Shown: positions 37,663 through 50,624, numbered from the stretch's first letter. The stretch: 64,000 bases of DNA from Chlorokybus atmophyticus (GCA_009103225.1 RHPI01001507.1:354805-418804); one strand, 5' to 3'. Notes: a model not told the origin generated them from the letters alone. Numbers and translations: made by a program.

Positions 37663-38967
37663 TCATACATTCTCTGTTGTTGGCGTGACATCACTCTTGG
37701 CTGATTGCGCCTGACGTGCCTCTGCAAGCTCCTGTTGCCAGCGAGTGAACTTGGGAAACCTTTTCTGCCAGGAGGCTGCAGAGAAGTGCAGAGCTGCAGA
37801 GGCTGCCTTGGGAATCCCATATTGGCGACAAAACAACACGCGGTCGAGCACGCTGTCTCTGCGCTTGAATGCCATCAGCCAGGTCGACACCGACCACGTG
37901 CTTCGCTCCACCTCCGTCACCTCAATAGCTAGCCGCTTGCAGCGTGTTTTTATTCGCCCACGCGACAGCCAGACAACCACTCCTGGATTATACATGAAAA
38001 TCTGCATGGCAAGGGGCCTGTTGCCCAGCCTGCAAGACTCAAAGGCGTCCAGAAAGGTCTCAAGCTTGGTGCGCACAATTGCATCGTTGTGGCATACTAA
38101 CTCCGGGCATTGTTTCAGCAACGTGACCATTTCTGCATGATCCACTGCCAAAAACGTCCGCCACGCAACAAACCGTGCAGCCACAAACTCCGGTGTGTAA
38201 TCAAGCATCTGAGCGCTGCGCAGCATAGTGCACAGGTCCTCGTCGTTGATGCTTAGAAGGGACTGGAGCCTCTTGAGGTTGTTTGCGAGAGTCTCGGGAG
38301 CGCGCTGTAATAGTGTATTCTGTGCCACTGCTGTCAGACTTACTCCAGGTATCAGCTTCCGCATTTGCAATGCGACACTGTAACCACAAGCACTCATGAA
38401 CTCATCAAGACATTCGACACACGACAAACCTCATAGATTCATCGTTCCAGCTCTTTGGGATTGCGGAAATGTGACTCAGTCTTGCCTTGCCTGACAAGCG
38501 ACGCCACTCGTTGTGACGAAAGTGAAAACCCCTCCCAGAACTGGCGCACAGCTTGCTGCTCGGCTTCTGACCATGGGGGCAACCGTTCCCATTGCCCGTC
38601 CACCTGTCTTGCCGACAGCTGGCAAACAGACACTGCTGAGCGGACAGTGCAAAGAGCTCCAACTTGTGAGCAAGCATCAGCATGGAAGGAACAGAAGGTC
38701 ACCTTGCTCCTTTTGTCAACAACAGCATCCTCAAGAGTCGTTGTGCCGCATGCAAAGCGCAGTTGTGCCGTAAGTGTGCACTGTATGTTTCTGCAAGCAA
38801 TGAAGTTGTAAGTGGCGATGACTTTCTCGAGTAAGACCAACTGCGGCATACAAAGCTGGGCCTTGCCTGTACAAAGAGTTGTAGCAGCACGGCGCAGTAG
38901 CTCTGGTTGTGGCAGCTCTCATGGCATGTGCAGGGGTCAACATCATGTCTGCACTGTAACACAACAT
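37663..38967 (-). CDS. mTERF-like protein (copy 2); last exon intact; start approximate
   Basis: 254-aa ORF 37663-38427 (KQCPELVCHN, MYNPGVV, VLDRVLFCRQ) colinear with copy 1; upstream ORF 38439-38849 has LPPWSEAEQQAVR. Confidence 0.6.
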
Positions 38968-40559
38968 GATACACAGTCAGATTCAACTGATCATGTCAAA
39001 AGCACGCTCTTGAAGAAGCATTGGAAGAGTTGTGAACAGGTTCAACCTTACAACCATCAAGGCACTGTCAGCAGCTATTTGTGTAGCTACTCATGCACGT
39101 TGCCGCCGTGTCACCATGACTGTTTGGTAGCCAATGTAATCGCATGTGACAACCTGGCCATGCGCGCGCCCGCGCACATACACTCGCTCTTGTATACACA
39201 CGCGCTAGTCAGCATGCCATGAATCGAACGTTGCTGTTTTCAAGTAATCAAGCTGCAAAACTTCCCCTGTTATTTCCAGCTTGACAGGCAGGTGCTACAA
39301 GCCACGATGCTGGTGGTATTGCTAGCAACGACCTGTTAACGATCGCCAATCTATCAATCAACTCGGTGACAACGGCTGACGACGAAAAAAAGATCTGTTG
39401 TGAACACGTAAGCTGATGGCATGCATGGCAAGCTACAGCAATTGATGCAAGGCTTTACACAGGTGATTGAGGCACATGGCGCTGACCAGCTGAGCCACGA
39501 TAGCGTTGTCAACAATGCATGTGCCCATCTCTCAACTTGTGCCCGAGCTGCCGGTTAAGCTGTCACTGCCAGCCAATGCATGCATGCTACCTAACGCATG
39601 GGCATGAGCTTGACTTGCAGAGCATACCTTTAGAAGATAGCAGCAGCTGTAACGTCAGCTCACAAGCCCCTGCCACGCTGCCCGCCCGTCGCTAACCACG
39701 GGAAGGATGCCACCCATCCCTTGGCAGTTGAAGCGGCAGACATGGTCAGAGATGACGCCACCGCCCGCGACCGGCACCCGCCGCTACGCCGCCCGCGTCG
39801 CTCATGGCATGGACAATGCCAAGGATTTTTTCTATGTTTTGCGTACTCTGATTGACCAACACTGATCTAGAAGAGCCCATGCAGCGAAGGCCGACAATGC
39901 CAAGATTTTTGACAACGATCCGTTTAACACTTGATTGAGCTGCGGGGGGTAGTGGCGGCGGCGCTGGTGGTGGTGGTGGTGGTGGTTGAGGGCGCAGTTT
40001 CCTACATCCATGTCATTGTCCGTGTTGTAGACTTAGTGGCCAGCGCCGTCGCGGGCCGGATGCAGCTATGCATCCAAGCATGTCGCCTACTGCAGCTCGT
40101 CAGTCGACGGTGGCAGCAGCTTGCATAGGATTTTGTGCCAGCTGGAGCCAACGCATCAGTTGTGCGGGGTCCGTTGTTGTGCAAACGGTAACTTGTGAAG
40201 CTTCATACAGCTGTTATAGATGTGTTGCGTGCTTGCCGACGGCTATCATGCTTAGAGTGGGCGAGCACGCAACAATTCAGCTACACGCGTGCTTGAAGTG
40301 CGCAAGCACACATGCTTTGAAGGCGTCAATCCATCACTTGCTTGACATGCAACCCTTGAAGAGTTGCATGTAGAAAATTATAACCGCATGCATGTGGTTC
40401 AACCTCGAGGGTTGTCCTGGCAATGCATATGTGCGTTGCCTGCTACAATATAAGTCTACTCTCAGCATACCATTTGTTTCGAAACGCTGGCAGCTGTTGC
40501 TCAACTACCAACTACTTGTTGACTCCGCTTAAACTCCAAGCAAGCACTGCTGATATGCC

Positions 40560-41050
40560 GAGTTGTGGCTTTGCTAGTGCAGCAATGTTGCCCCTTTTTA
40601 GCGTTACGAGAGCTGCCACAACCAGCGTCGTTGCACCCTGGTGGTATATCTCTTTATACAGATAAGGCTGCAACGGATGTAATTTCAATAAGCTTTGCGG
40701 CCAATACTTTTGAAGTTGTTACAATGCTTGCAGGCAGATATACAATGCACATCTGCGGCACAACTGCGCTTGTGTGCGGCGCAACAACTCCCGATGATGC
40801 TGTTGACAAAAGCGAGAAGGTGAGCTGCTCCTCCCCCAAGCCCACATTGTTTGCTCACAATTAAGACAGGCCCCTTGCCATGCAGATCTTCTTGTACATC
40901 CAACAGTGGTTGTGCGGATGTCATGTGAGCGCATCACAACACGCAAGCGGCTAGCTACTAAGTTTACAGAGGTGGAGCGAAGCAAGTGGTCAATGCCGAC
41001 ATGGCCGATGGCATTTACATGGAGGGACAACATGCTCGACCGTGTGTTGT
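40560..41050 (+). pseudogene. mTERF-like gene, copy 3, internally deleted
   Basis: 5' motif GATTPDDAVDKSEKVSCSS is joined directly to 3' sequence (GCCCCTTGCCATGCAGATCTT...ATGCTCGACCGTGTGTTGTTT) homologous to 37830-38030. Confidence 0.6.
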
Positions 41051-41639
41051 TTTATTGATAGCATGAGATTCGCATAGCAGCCCCATCAGACATGAGCTAC
41101 TCTGCAACCTATTGGCACAAAAGGTTTCTTGAGTTGATTTGCTGACAACAGCCGAGGCACGTCAGGCGCGATCAGCCAGCAGTAATGTCATGACAACATT
41201 AGTGAATACATGACGAGCGTATTGTTGTCTAAATGGTTGGAAGGCGTATTGCTGTTGGTAGCTTGAGATTGCAGGACATCGCTTATCGACAGTTGCAGGC
41301 TTCTGATGTATGCCGCCGCAGCAGTATGCAGGCATGTGGGTGGCAGCAATACGAGCTGCTGTGTGGTGTTCAAGGCTTCTGCACTCGCTTTGCTTGCTAC
41401 TGTGGTGGCTGGTCAGCTCATGATAAACAAGCCCTAATTTCTAAAAAGTAAGTAAGCGTTCTTGCTTGCACTTACATGGCTATCGGCTAGCGGCGATGCC
41501 TTGCTGTTTATGAAAGCATGCACTGTGTAGACACACTGCATGGAGCCTACCTATTGCATTTCTGTCAGTATGTGTCTTTGGGCATGCATAGAGGGTTGGG
41601 TCACTCTGCACTCCCGTAGGTCATTCCCACCTGCACCCA

Positions 41640-42070
41640 TGTGTATGCAGTAGAAAATAAGGCCTGGGAGTTGTGTAAAGTAAGGTTAAGTTGGGTTGGA
41701 ACACAACAACGCAATGCCCTGAATTCCTGCCGTGTCATGATGCATGCAATAATGTGTTCACATTTGCTGCATTTGTCCAGCTCGGACTACTTGACTGGTG
41801 CTGCTTACTGCATGTCCGCCCTTATCGTGGACGCTTCTACCTGTCTGTTGTAAACATTGGCAACATATTGGGGAAGTGAGTAGTGAGGATGAATATGTTG
41901 GCTTTCAGGAATGCGTGCGTCCATACACACGCGCGCGCGTGCGTGTGTGTGACCACACTTAGCTTGACAACAGTAAGCTGATGCTTTAGCTTGCTTCTGT
42001 TTTTGCCATAGGTGTGACAACTTTCTTCCAACATGCTGTTCCCCACGTCGGTTTTGGGAGGCGAGCATGG
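41640..42070 (+). pseudogene. Cys-rich gene B, copy 3, 3'-truncated
   Basis: LDWCCLLHV and CCATAG|GTGTGACAAC match copy 1; homology ends at ~42070. Confidence 0.6.
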
Positions 42071-42189
42071 GTACCAAGAAAGAAGCGAATGAAGAGCGAT
42101 GGCTGGGAGGTGAGCGTCTGTGGTGCTCACTGCTGCTAAGTGCGAGCTGCTGAATGTATGCTGACATCATTGTGCTAAGTGGCAGTATC

Positions 42190-43500
42190 TAACCTACCTA
42201 CCGCAACTTACATACCCTAAAGGAGACCCGAACGCGGCCAAGGCGCGAGCTGCCCTATATCATCGTTATCTCGCAACCATCCTTGAGAGTTTGAAGCGTG
42301 CAAGTTGAGAGGGCGTCGAGCTCTTGGATTTCGATGGTGACCCCACATTTGCTTACCCGCTGATGTGGACGGTCATAGCCAACGACGAGGAGCAGTGGCA
42401 TGCCACCCTTTTCAGGTCCAGCATCCGCACAAGCACCCATGCGGGCATTGCATGGTGAGTGTACAGTCATCCCTCATCCTGCATCAAACAATTGCATCAT
42501 TGCGCGTGCTAATCTATCTCTTGTTGCGGATAACATGCACGCTGTTGAGTGCCTCCAATCCCGCATACAAACTGCGCATAGAGCCCACGATGACTGAAAT
42601 CCATGACACGGCTAGGCTGCTAGAGGAAGAGGGCAACCATTGAGGTGCCAAAAAGTTACTCAACAGCTGTTCTACACATCCTATTAATGCAAGTGCTGTT
42701 GTCTGCTGTTGGCACTGCTGCCGCTGCAATCAGTGAGGGCTGCTTACAGCTTGGAATGTTTGCAGAACGAGTTATGGGGTTTCAAGCACTCCAACCACCC
42801 AAAGAACAGCGTATATGCGGCCATTACCCCCAAGCAGCTGCACAACTGAGTCCAATATCTTCTCGACACTTATGAAGGTGATTGGGGATTGGGCAGCCGC
42901 TAAGGTCAAGGGGTACACTCGTGCGCTGGGCACAGCTAACAAGCGGCTCAATGCCATGTCTTTAACATTACCGAGTCTCCGTGTTCCCTTGTTGGAGACA
43001 AATTACATTGGTGACTCGGCCTTCATTATGGCTTTTAAACATCGGGCCATCAGGAATGTGATTTGTGTCGCCGCCACTGGTGCATTCAAGTTGCCCAACG
43101 GCATGGACCCCGTGCTTCAATGCTTGCACGCTTATGTGGAGTGGTAGTGGTTGGAGGCATTTGTGCGCCACGAGGTGGATGGCTATTTCCAAGGACCACC
43201 TCGCCCTCATCTAGGAGAGGTGGGTACAATGCGCGGGCCTACTACAAAAGCACTTTGCCATACATCAAACCTCCGCATGATGCACGTGGAAGTTCCATTT
43301 GTGCAGCCGCTTTCCGGACTCCAATCGCCTCAAGCGCTCCGCTCACGAGTACAACGCCAACCCCGAAGAGAAGAAGCATCAACTTGCAAAGAACCCTTGG
43401 AGGTACATGTTGCAGACAGCTGCAGACATATGCAGTTGAGTGTCGTGTGTATCATGGTGATGCTGACGGCGATGATGGCACGGCGCTGCAGGGCATACAA
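42190..43500 (+). pseudogene. Plavaka transposase remnant (third family)
   Basis: LYHRYLATILESLKRAS*EGVELLDFDG..YPLMWTVIANDEEQ, HPCGHC, VYAAITPKQLHN, EYNANPEEKKHQLAKNPW; multiple stops and frameshifts. Confidence 0.8.
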
Positions 43501-44254
43501 TAAGAAGATGTTGGCCATCAGATCATGCACGTCTATCGCAATCAGGTTTTAATAAAGCTGCGTTATACAAGTTGCAACAATGGCAGCATTTCTAGCGCAA
43601 CTCGAGGCAAACCAAGGAGACGGAAGGCAATTATCTTGGCCGGGAGGGAGACAACTTTCTGCAGCTTGCAATTTTGGACACTAAGAACCACGTCGCAAAT
43701 TTTACACGGTGACTGACTAAGGACTGAGGGCCTGACTGGTGCCTAAGCCTGCCTGAGCCTGCCTGTCGCTGCCTGAAATACTACTTTTGGACTGTTGGGT
43801 TTGCCGTTGGCTTAAGTGGACTGACGCAGACGGCCGCGGGCCGAAAGTGGTTGTCAGTGGCACTAACCGTCCGAGAGTTGTCAACCAATTACCCTTTGGT
43901 CGATGTGCACAGACGGCCGTTAGCCGGTAGTTACGGACAGCTGACAGCAATAGCCGGCAGTTTCTTTGCCGTTACACTGCTGTTAATATGTGACCCTTGC
44001 CGTTTGACAAAAGTTGGCAATTCTTGCCGTAAGCCAACACTAACATGCCATGCAGCTTGTACAAACCTTGGACTGATTGTTTGGTCTTGCACCTATAAGC
44101 CCACAATATATACAATGTACCGGCAGTGGTGAGAGTATGTCCACTTGCAACTGAGCAGCCGACTTGCGCATGAAACTACCCTATAACAATGAGTCTAGCT
44201 GTCGGACTCACTGCGCAGCTTGTCAACCCATGGTGCCTGCCTCAGAATTCCTCC

Positions 44255-45113
44255 TCAAACCCCCTCCTCCAATTCCTCCTCCGACAAGTCTTCTGCTTCA
44301 ACGCCGGAGTCATCTTCATCCGCTGCCTCGCTCGCTGACAGTACAACGGCTACTTCGTCCTTCAGCTTGAATGTCAGCGCCTCGCCGTGCACGCACATGC
44401 GCTTGATGGTCGCTTTGAGAGTGACCACTTGCATTTGGTAATGCTGTAAGAGTGGCGTTACGGTAACTAAGGACTAGCCCATCAGCATACACATGCTTAC
44501 CTCGTCTTCCGCTTTGTTGCACTTCGCCAGGCAGACAGTCAGCCTGCCGCGCTGCTCTTGGTTCACTCTGACCAACATGGCAATCTGCAAGCATACTGCA
44601 TAATTACCGCTGGAAACATTAAACTAGGTCATGGATTACCCGTTCCTGGTACTCCGCAGCTATTCTTTTGCGACTTGTGAGCTCCTGCAAGTAGAAATAG
44701 GCTGTGCATTTGCGTGATTGGTCATGCTGTTCATGTGCATGACACTGGAGGTTGTGCATGAGGGTGTGCATGTGGTATTGACAATGTATGTCAAGTGCAA
44801 GATACTTGAGGCTGTGCATGTGCAAGATAAAAGAACCCTAGCATGTGGCATTGACAGTGCATCGTAACCCACCTTGGTTATGCCAGTCTTGTTTGGTCCC
44901 TTCAATCATGTCGCCGTAGTCGCAGCTGCTGATGGGTCGGATTTTCTTAGAGGCAGTATTGTGGTGTGCCTTTGCCCACTCGGAGGGGGAGCCCTGTAAG
45001 ATATCGCCCGAGTCACTGTTGTCATTGGCTGTGCCCTTGGTAGGCATAGTGGGGTTTGACACCGAGGACACCCCTCCGGCACCCTGCCCGCCCTGTGCGA
45101 ACATGAAATTCAT
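44255..45113 (-). CDS. Multi-exon hypothetical protein with acidic C-terminus (element 2 cargo); approximate bounds
   Basis: Last exon reads MQVVTLKATIKRMCVHGEALTFKLKDEVAVVLSASEAADEDDSGVEAEDLSEEELEEGV*; upstream ORFs and GT-AG-like junctions. Confidence 0.4.
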
Positions 45114-45269
45114 CCCGGACCTCGACTACAATGCCCACTACGCCCCTGGCAGCGCCGCCAACGATCCTCCAAACGCCACATACCCTCGGCATCACGCCCC
45201 TGTAATGGCATAGCTTGGCGGAGCTATCAATGGTGTTTTCATGCGCAGGGGGACGGACATTGCCAGAGT

Positions 45270-45360
45270 TGTCAATGGTACGAACTGCCATTGCCACTGT
45301 ACAAAGGTACCATTTCAATTGTACCTGTTAACAAAGGCATCTTCGTACCATTGAAACGGT
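45270..45360. promoter_or_regulatory. GTAC-motif cluster upstream of the transposase and the divergent gene
   Basis: Five GTAC cores (ATGGTACG, GGTACCAT, TCGTACCAT). Confidence 0.5.
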
Positions 45361-46086
45361 TCAATGAGTATATATATNNNNNNNNNNNNNNNNNNNNNNN
45401 NNNNNNNNNNNNNNNNNNNNNNNNNNNNNNNNNNNNNNNNNNNNNNNNNNNNNNNNNNNNNNNNNNNNNNNNNNNNNNNNNNNNNNNNNNNNNNNNNNNN
45501 NNNNNNNNNNNNNNNNNNNNNNNNNNNNNNNNNNNNNNNNNNNNNNNNNNNNNNNNNNNNNNNNNNNNNNNNNNNNNNNNNNNNNNNNNNNNNNNNNNNN
45601 NNNNNNNNNNNNNNNNNNNNNNNNNNNNNNNNNNNNNNNNNNNNNNNNNNNNNNNNNNNNNNNNNNNNNNNNNNNNNNNNNNNNNNNNNNNNNNNNNNNN
45701 NNNNNNNNNNNNNNNNNNNNNNNNNNNNNNNNNNNNNNNNNNNNNNNNNNNNNNNNNNNNNNNNNNNNNNNNNNNNNNNNNNNNNNNNNNNNNNNNNNNN
45801 NNNNNNNNNNNNNNNNNNNNNNNNNNNNNNNNNNNNNNNNNNNNNNNNNNNNNNNNNNNNNNNNNNNNNNNNNNNNNNNNNNNNNNNNNNNNNNNNNNNN
45901 NNNNNNNNNNNNNNNNNNNNNNNNNNNNNNNNNNNNNNNNNNNNNNNNNNNNNNNNNNNNNNNNNNNNNNNNNNNNNNNNNNNNNNNNNNNNNNNNNNNN
46001 NNNNNNNNNNNNNNNNNNNGTGTGCGTGTTGCTGGATATGATGCAGGTTACATTGGCGACACCTGTGTCGACGTTAGTAGTGAGAT

Positions 46087-49000
46087 ATGGGAGTCCTTTG
46101 TGCGTATTGCCACATGCGCTTCGCCACACGCAGCTCGGTCTACATGCACATTATTAGCAGCAGGGTGTGCAAGCAGATCAAGCTGTATGTCGGCCAGCGT
46201 TCATTACAGTACGATGCGGGCCATGTTGAACCGGGGAGTTCGATCCAGGATGCGCACATGCTTGATGCTGAAAGATTCCTCTAGGAGACACACGCACAGC
46301 AGCAACAGGAGGAGGAGGAAGTGAACGAGGGCTTTCGATGTGTGCGTGTGCTTGAGAAACCTGTGGCACGCTAACATGGAAGTGGAGGCGTCCCTTCGCA
46401 CGCGTCGGAATCCAGGTGGTATGGCTCGGAGCATGCTCTTGCAGTGGCATTCGTGCAGTGCAACAACGGCCAAGGCCTGTCGGCCTCCGACATGGGGCGG
46501 ATCATCAAGTGCATCCGAAATGCACAATTCCTGACGGAAGAGCTCCAGTGGGAGACCGGTGTGCATGTGGCCAGCTACCTCCGGACCACAATTGCTTTCT
46601 GTCAGTCTGAGGTGTGTTCACGGTGTGCGGTGCATGTGCTTCAACCATCAGAGCGATGTCACATATGCACATGCGAGTGTGCTGCCGTATTAGAACTACG
46701 TGACGGCTGACCTGCGCAAGCCTGGAGACCCTGAGGATCAGGACATCAGCGTCACATATATGCCGGCCAAGGTCTGTGAAATGCAGTACCTAATGCAGTA
46801 TCGATGCAGTATCTATTCTGAGGCCAGCATAGTAAGTAATGCTCTTGGTCGGAGCAGGTATGGCTCGCGCGGTTGTATGGCAATCCACATGCCGCCAATG
46901 GCTTCAATCTCCAGTACAGTGGTGACGAGCACAGCTTTGGCCATCCTTCCACGGGCGATTGGTGGAAGGATGTGGAGGTGGATTTGAGGAGAGAGGTGGG
47001 GGAAGCGTCCTACTTGGCGCCTGCCATTCTGTACAATGGCCAGACCACGCTGGACAGTGCGGGCAAGCGCTCTGGCTACCCTCTGATGGCATTGCTTGCC
47101 AACTACAGTTGGGACATGTATGCTAGCAACATGGGGGTTGTTATGATAGCGCTTCTGCCGGTGGTTCACGCAGTGGTCGGGCATCCAACCTGGGCGCAGG
47201 GCAAGGAATCGTTCTCCGTTCGGAAACGTGAGATTTTTCATGACGCTTTGAATGTAGTGTTAGGGGATGTGAAGAGGGCGAGTTAGGAAGGCGTGCATCT
47301 CATCGACCCGAATGGCATCGAGCGTCGTGTGTTTCCCGCGCTTGCCAACTACATCAGCGATTTGCAGGTAGTGGGCATGAATGGTTGTAACCGGATGCAG
47401 CCTGCCAGCAAACAGTGCATGGAGGATGTTGTCAGTAGAACATCTGAGTTTGTCGTGTTGTGAGGAGACTGCCACACTCGCACGCACTGTGTCGGGCAGC
47501 CAAACACGACATCCTTGCGATGTTTATCTCGTCATCAAATCAGATCTGTTGAAGATGGATGAGGACCGGGAATTGAGAACCGAGGCCTTCTACACACCAG
47601 CAATTTGTCAGCTGCGGGCGGACCTGCATAGCGGTGTTAGAAATGCACGCCAGGCAGCCAAGGCTTTCGAAGAGCAGCACTCCATGCATGTCGAGGAGGT
47701 AATGGTCAAATTATCGGCATTCGCGAGGATGAATGGCTTTCCGTGAAACCAGGCAATGTGGTTTGGCAACAGAATGCACTGTGGGGTTGGCGACAGTCGC
47801 GGGTGCCGGGAGCTGACCGCTACTCTCGTTTTGCCCCTGACGCAATGCATGTGCTGGGAGGCATCATTGACCACCTGCTTGCTGCTGTGTACGACGCCGC
47901 AAATGAACAAATACGTCCATCCATGAGACAGATTCTGCAGGCCAGGTACGTCTTTGGTGTTGCTTTTGTGTTGAACACAAAAGCCAACGACATGTGCTCA
48001 CAAGCAGATGTGCACAAGCCGAATGCATGCAAGGCGACTCTGCGGGTTTCGCACTTCAAGGCACCCACAAGCACAGTAGATTTCTTCCTGTCCGACCACT
48101 CCTTTCAAGTGGTGGAGAAAGTGGCGGTGCTGCAGCTGCTGCCGGTCCTCGCAGACGGTTTGCTGCTCGACAATGAGGGCAACGATTTCTTCACCATTGC
48201 TGCCGCATCGCTTGCCCAGTGGAACAAGAAGTTGCTCAAGGCGCATGAACACACAAGAGAGACCCTGACCACAGCCGACAACGAGCTGGCTGCCTTCAAA
48301 GCTGCAGTGTTGCATCCGCTACTGTCGTCATATTCTGCACAGAAGTCAGGTTGGAAGATTGAGAAGATGCATCAGCTCACTCATTTTGGGCCGGCAATTG
48401 TCAGCAGTGGACACCCGGATTGGTTCAGCACCAATCGCATGGAGCAGACGCACGCCCAAAATATCAAACGGTGGGCGCGTGGTGGCAACAACCGGGACTA
48501 CCAGGCACGTATCTTGAAGGCATGGAGCTGTGCGGAATATGTGAGAGAGGGTGGCATGGTCGTGGATACCGAGATGCGCTCGGTCATGGCACAGGCGCGG
48601 CAGCAGTGCTGCAATGTCATGGAGAAGACAGACAAGTTGCTACGGATGGATGTGCTGACAAGGAGGGAGTCCAGCCCGTACTGGAGCGGATCTGCGCGTA
48701 GCCGCCAAGTCGCCTTGAAGACTCCATTCGCCGACAAGCTGCCTGCCACCCTGGACAGCTGGTTGAGGAGGGAACAACTGGAGTTGGCCGGCGGGTGGCG
48801 TGCTGTTCGCGTGGTGAACGGAGGCGCAGCGGTGTACATGACATCAGGAGTTAGCATGGCGCGCGCAACTGGGATGTTCCATGGGCGGCCTTGGTTCTCT
48901 ACACTTGAGTTGAAGGTGATGAGGACGGTGTGAACGTGACGTGGTGGGCTCAGGCACTCCTTTTTTTGCGCGTGGTGGTGTGGGGTGGTAGCGGCGAGCG

Positions 49001-49202
49001 CGTGTTGAAGGAGGTCGTGTTTGTCCGCTGGTACACGAAGCTGGATGTGACGAGCGACACAAAGTGCATCGCTCTGGAATGGGAAAAGCGTCGAGGCGGT
49101 CCACATCTCGATATCGTGACTCTACAGCAAGTAAAAGGCATTGTCCAGCTGCTCCCCATGTTGGACAAGGACAGCGCCCGTGTACAAGAGGGCAAGTATT
49201 AG
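46087..49202 (+). pseudogene. Plavaka-type transposase of element 2, inactivated
   Basis: CAYC..H zinc finger, GDWWKDV, YPLMALLAN, IFHDALNVVL, YISDLQ, PDAMHVL, KMHQLTHF, TNRMEQTH, FVRWY. ILYNGQT has G where the first catalytic D is expected; TAG at 47284; frameshift ~47743. Confidence 0.88.
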
Positions 49203-49432
49203 GTGAACGTTCACTGCACTTCCACGTGACACATGTACTTGTCTCACTACTCTGAGTTTGGAGCATATCAGTCAGTTAGGCATTGCTAATCGTATGCTAA
49301 GACTTTTGCATGTGGACGTGTACAATACCGGGCAGCTGTCACTGCACAACTGTCACCACAATCGAATAATCCATTCAACATTCAACAATTAGTCCGCCGT
49401 GTGGCATTAAGCATCAATACAGTGCACCACAC

Positions 49433-50215
49433 TCAAGCCTCATAGTTCCATGACACAGGAGGGTAGTCACAGCGCATATCCATTGTTTCAAGCATGAGAC
49501 GCCCTATGCACTCCGCCATTGCGGGAGGAACTGCATTCGCTATGAAAACGGCCGAGGTCATCCATGGCACTCCCAGCGCTGTTTGCCACGCAGCAATGCC
49601 GCCCCTGGTGCTTGGAAGGCCATAGACCGGGTACATCTGCTGTGGCGCGTTTAATGTTACGATTGTCTTCTTCACGCTAGCGGACAGGTGCGGCAATAGC
49701 AGTCCAACTGCCTTGCCCGCGTGCGAGCAGCGTGCTGGTGGGGTAGCTACCACTGGCTGTGTCTCAAACAGACGGTGTCGGAAAGTTGATAGGCCAAACA
49801 TCGTGCCACAAAGGGACAGATTGGGTCTGAATGAGGAAGCTGCTCCTGGCACATTCTCAATCACAAACTTGACCTGGCTTGCAAGCAGCAGACGTCGGAC
49901 GAGCGGTATCATATCCTAGTGTCTCCAAGATGTGCCATGTGCCGCCCGTTGAGGTGCCGGGATAGCACCTGAATAGGCTTGGCATGGTGGACTGGCCCAA
50001 ATGAGCTCGTACTCGCTCAGCTCTCCTGCACTCAGGGTGCATACATCGCGGTGTATGAAGGGCAGCGGGTACTCAGAGGAGGGACTTATGTCCATCCCGG
50101 TCACGTTAAAGCCTGCGTGGTATAGACCGACACTGGCACCGCCACCGCCGCAGAATGGGTCGAGTGCCCTTGGTCTGCGTGTGCATCCCAGCTTGTTGTC
50201 AAATGGCGTGTGTGT
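49433..50215 (-). pseudogene. Bacterial/phage-type DNA cytosine-5 methyltransferase, one nonsense codon
   Basis: Motif I ALDPFCGGGGASVGLYHAGFNVTGMDI, YPLPFIHRD, motif IV IWASPPCQAYS, motif VI VIENVPGA, LCGTMFGL, motif VIII RHRLFE, motif X ANAVPPAMAECIG. In-frame TAG at 49916-49918. Confidence 0.9.
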
Positions 50216-50624
50216 GTATCAAGGCTGGCCGTGGTGCTGGCCAGGGACTAACAATGATGCCGTCTGGGCTTACTTTGCGACTGACATTCTCCCCTCCGGC
50301 GCGCAGAACATGGCGTGCCCCGTCAACTGATGTGTACGCGAATACGTTGTGCCCTTTGAAGTTGATGGTTTGTGGTCGATCACCGTCATCGAACACTATA
50401 CGATGCTGCCCTGCAAAGACATTTTCCATCGCACCATGCATATATGATGCGTCTTCAATCTCGCACGCCATGAAGCGATGTTGACCTGACGCTTGCTTGA
50501 ATGATTCCACGACGCCCGCATACCATTCCCCATCCAGCGGCCAATGCACCATGACACTCACACCGATCAGCTGCTCGCATCCCAACTTAACTGCGTTCCG
50601 CAACCGATGCAGTGCGCTGTCCAA
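50199..50624 (-). CDS. Tudor domain exon(s), probably N-terminal to the methyltransferase
   Basis: Removing the 75-nt GT-AG intron 50411-50485 gives VHWPLDGEWYAGVVESFKQASGQHRIVFDDGD, a plant MSH6/PDS5-type Tudor signature. Confidence 0.75.
   Translation of the reverse strand: MDSALHRLRNAVKLGCEQLIGVSVMVHWPLDGEWYAGVVESFKQASGQHRFMACEIEDASYMHGAMENVFAGQHRIVFDDGDRPQTINFKGHNVFAYTSVDGARHVLRAGGENVSRKVSPDGIIVSPWPAPRPALIHTHAI

Noticed and set aside
988-43710. A single 42.7-kb transposon bounded by CACCG...CGGTG
   Set aside because: The repeat similarity ends sharply on the inner side and decays outward, so the element bodies lie outside this interval; no TSD.
45272-46157. Long ORFs spanning N runs (also 6448-6909 and 59497-60437)
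   Set aside because: Their length is an artefact of X-translated gaps.
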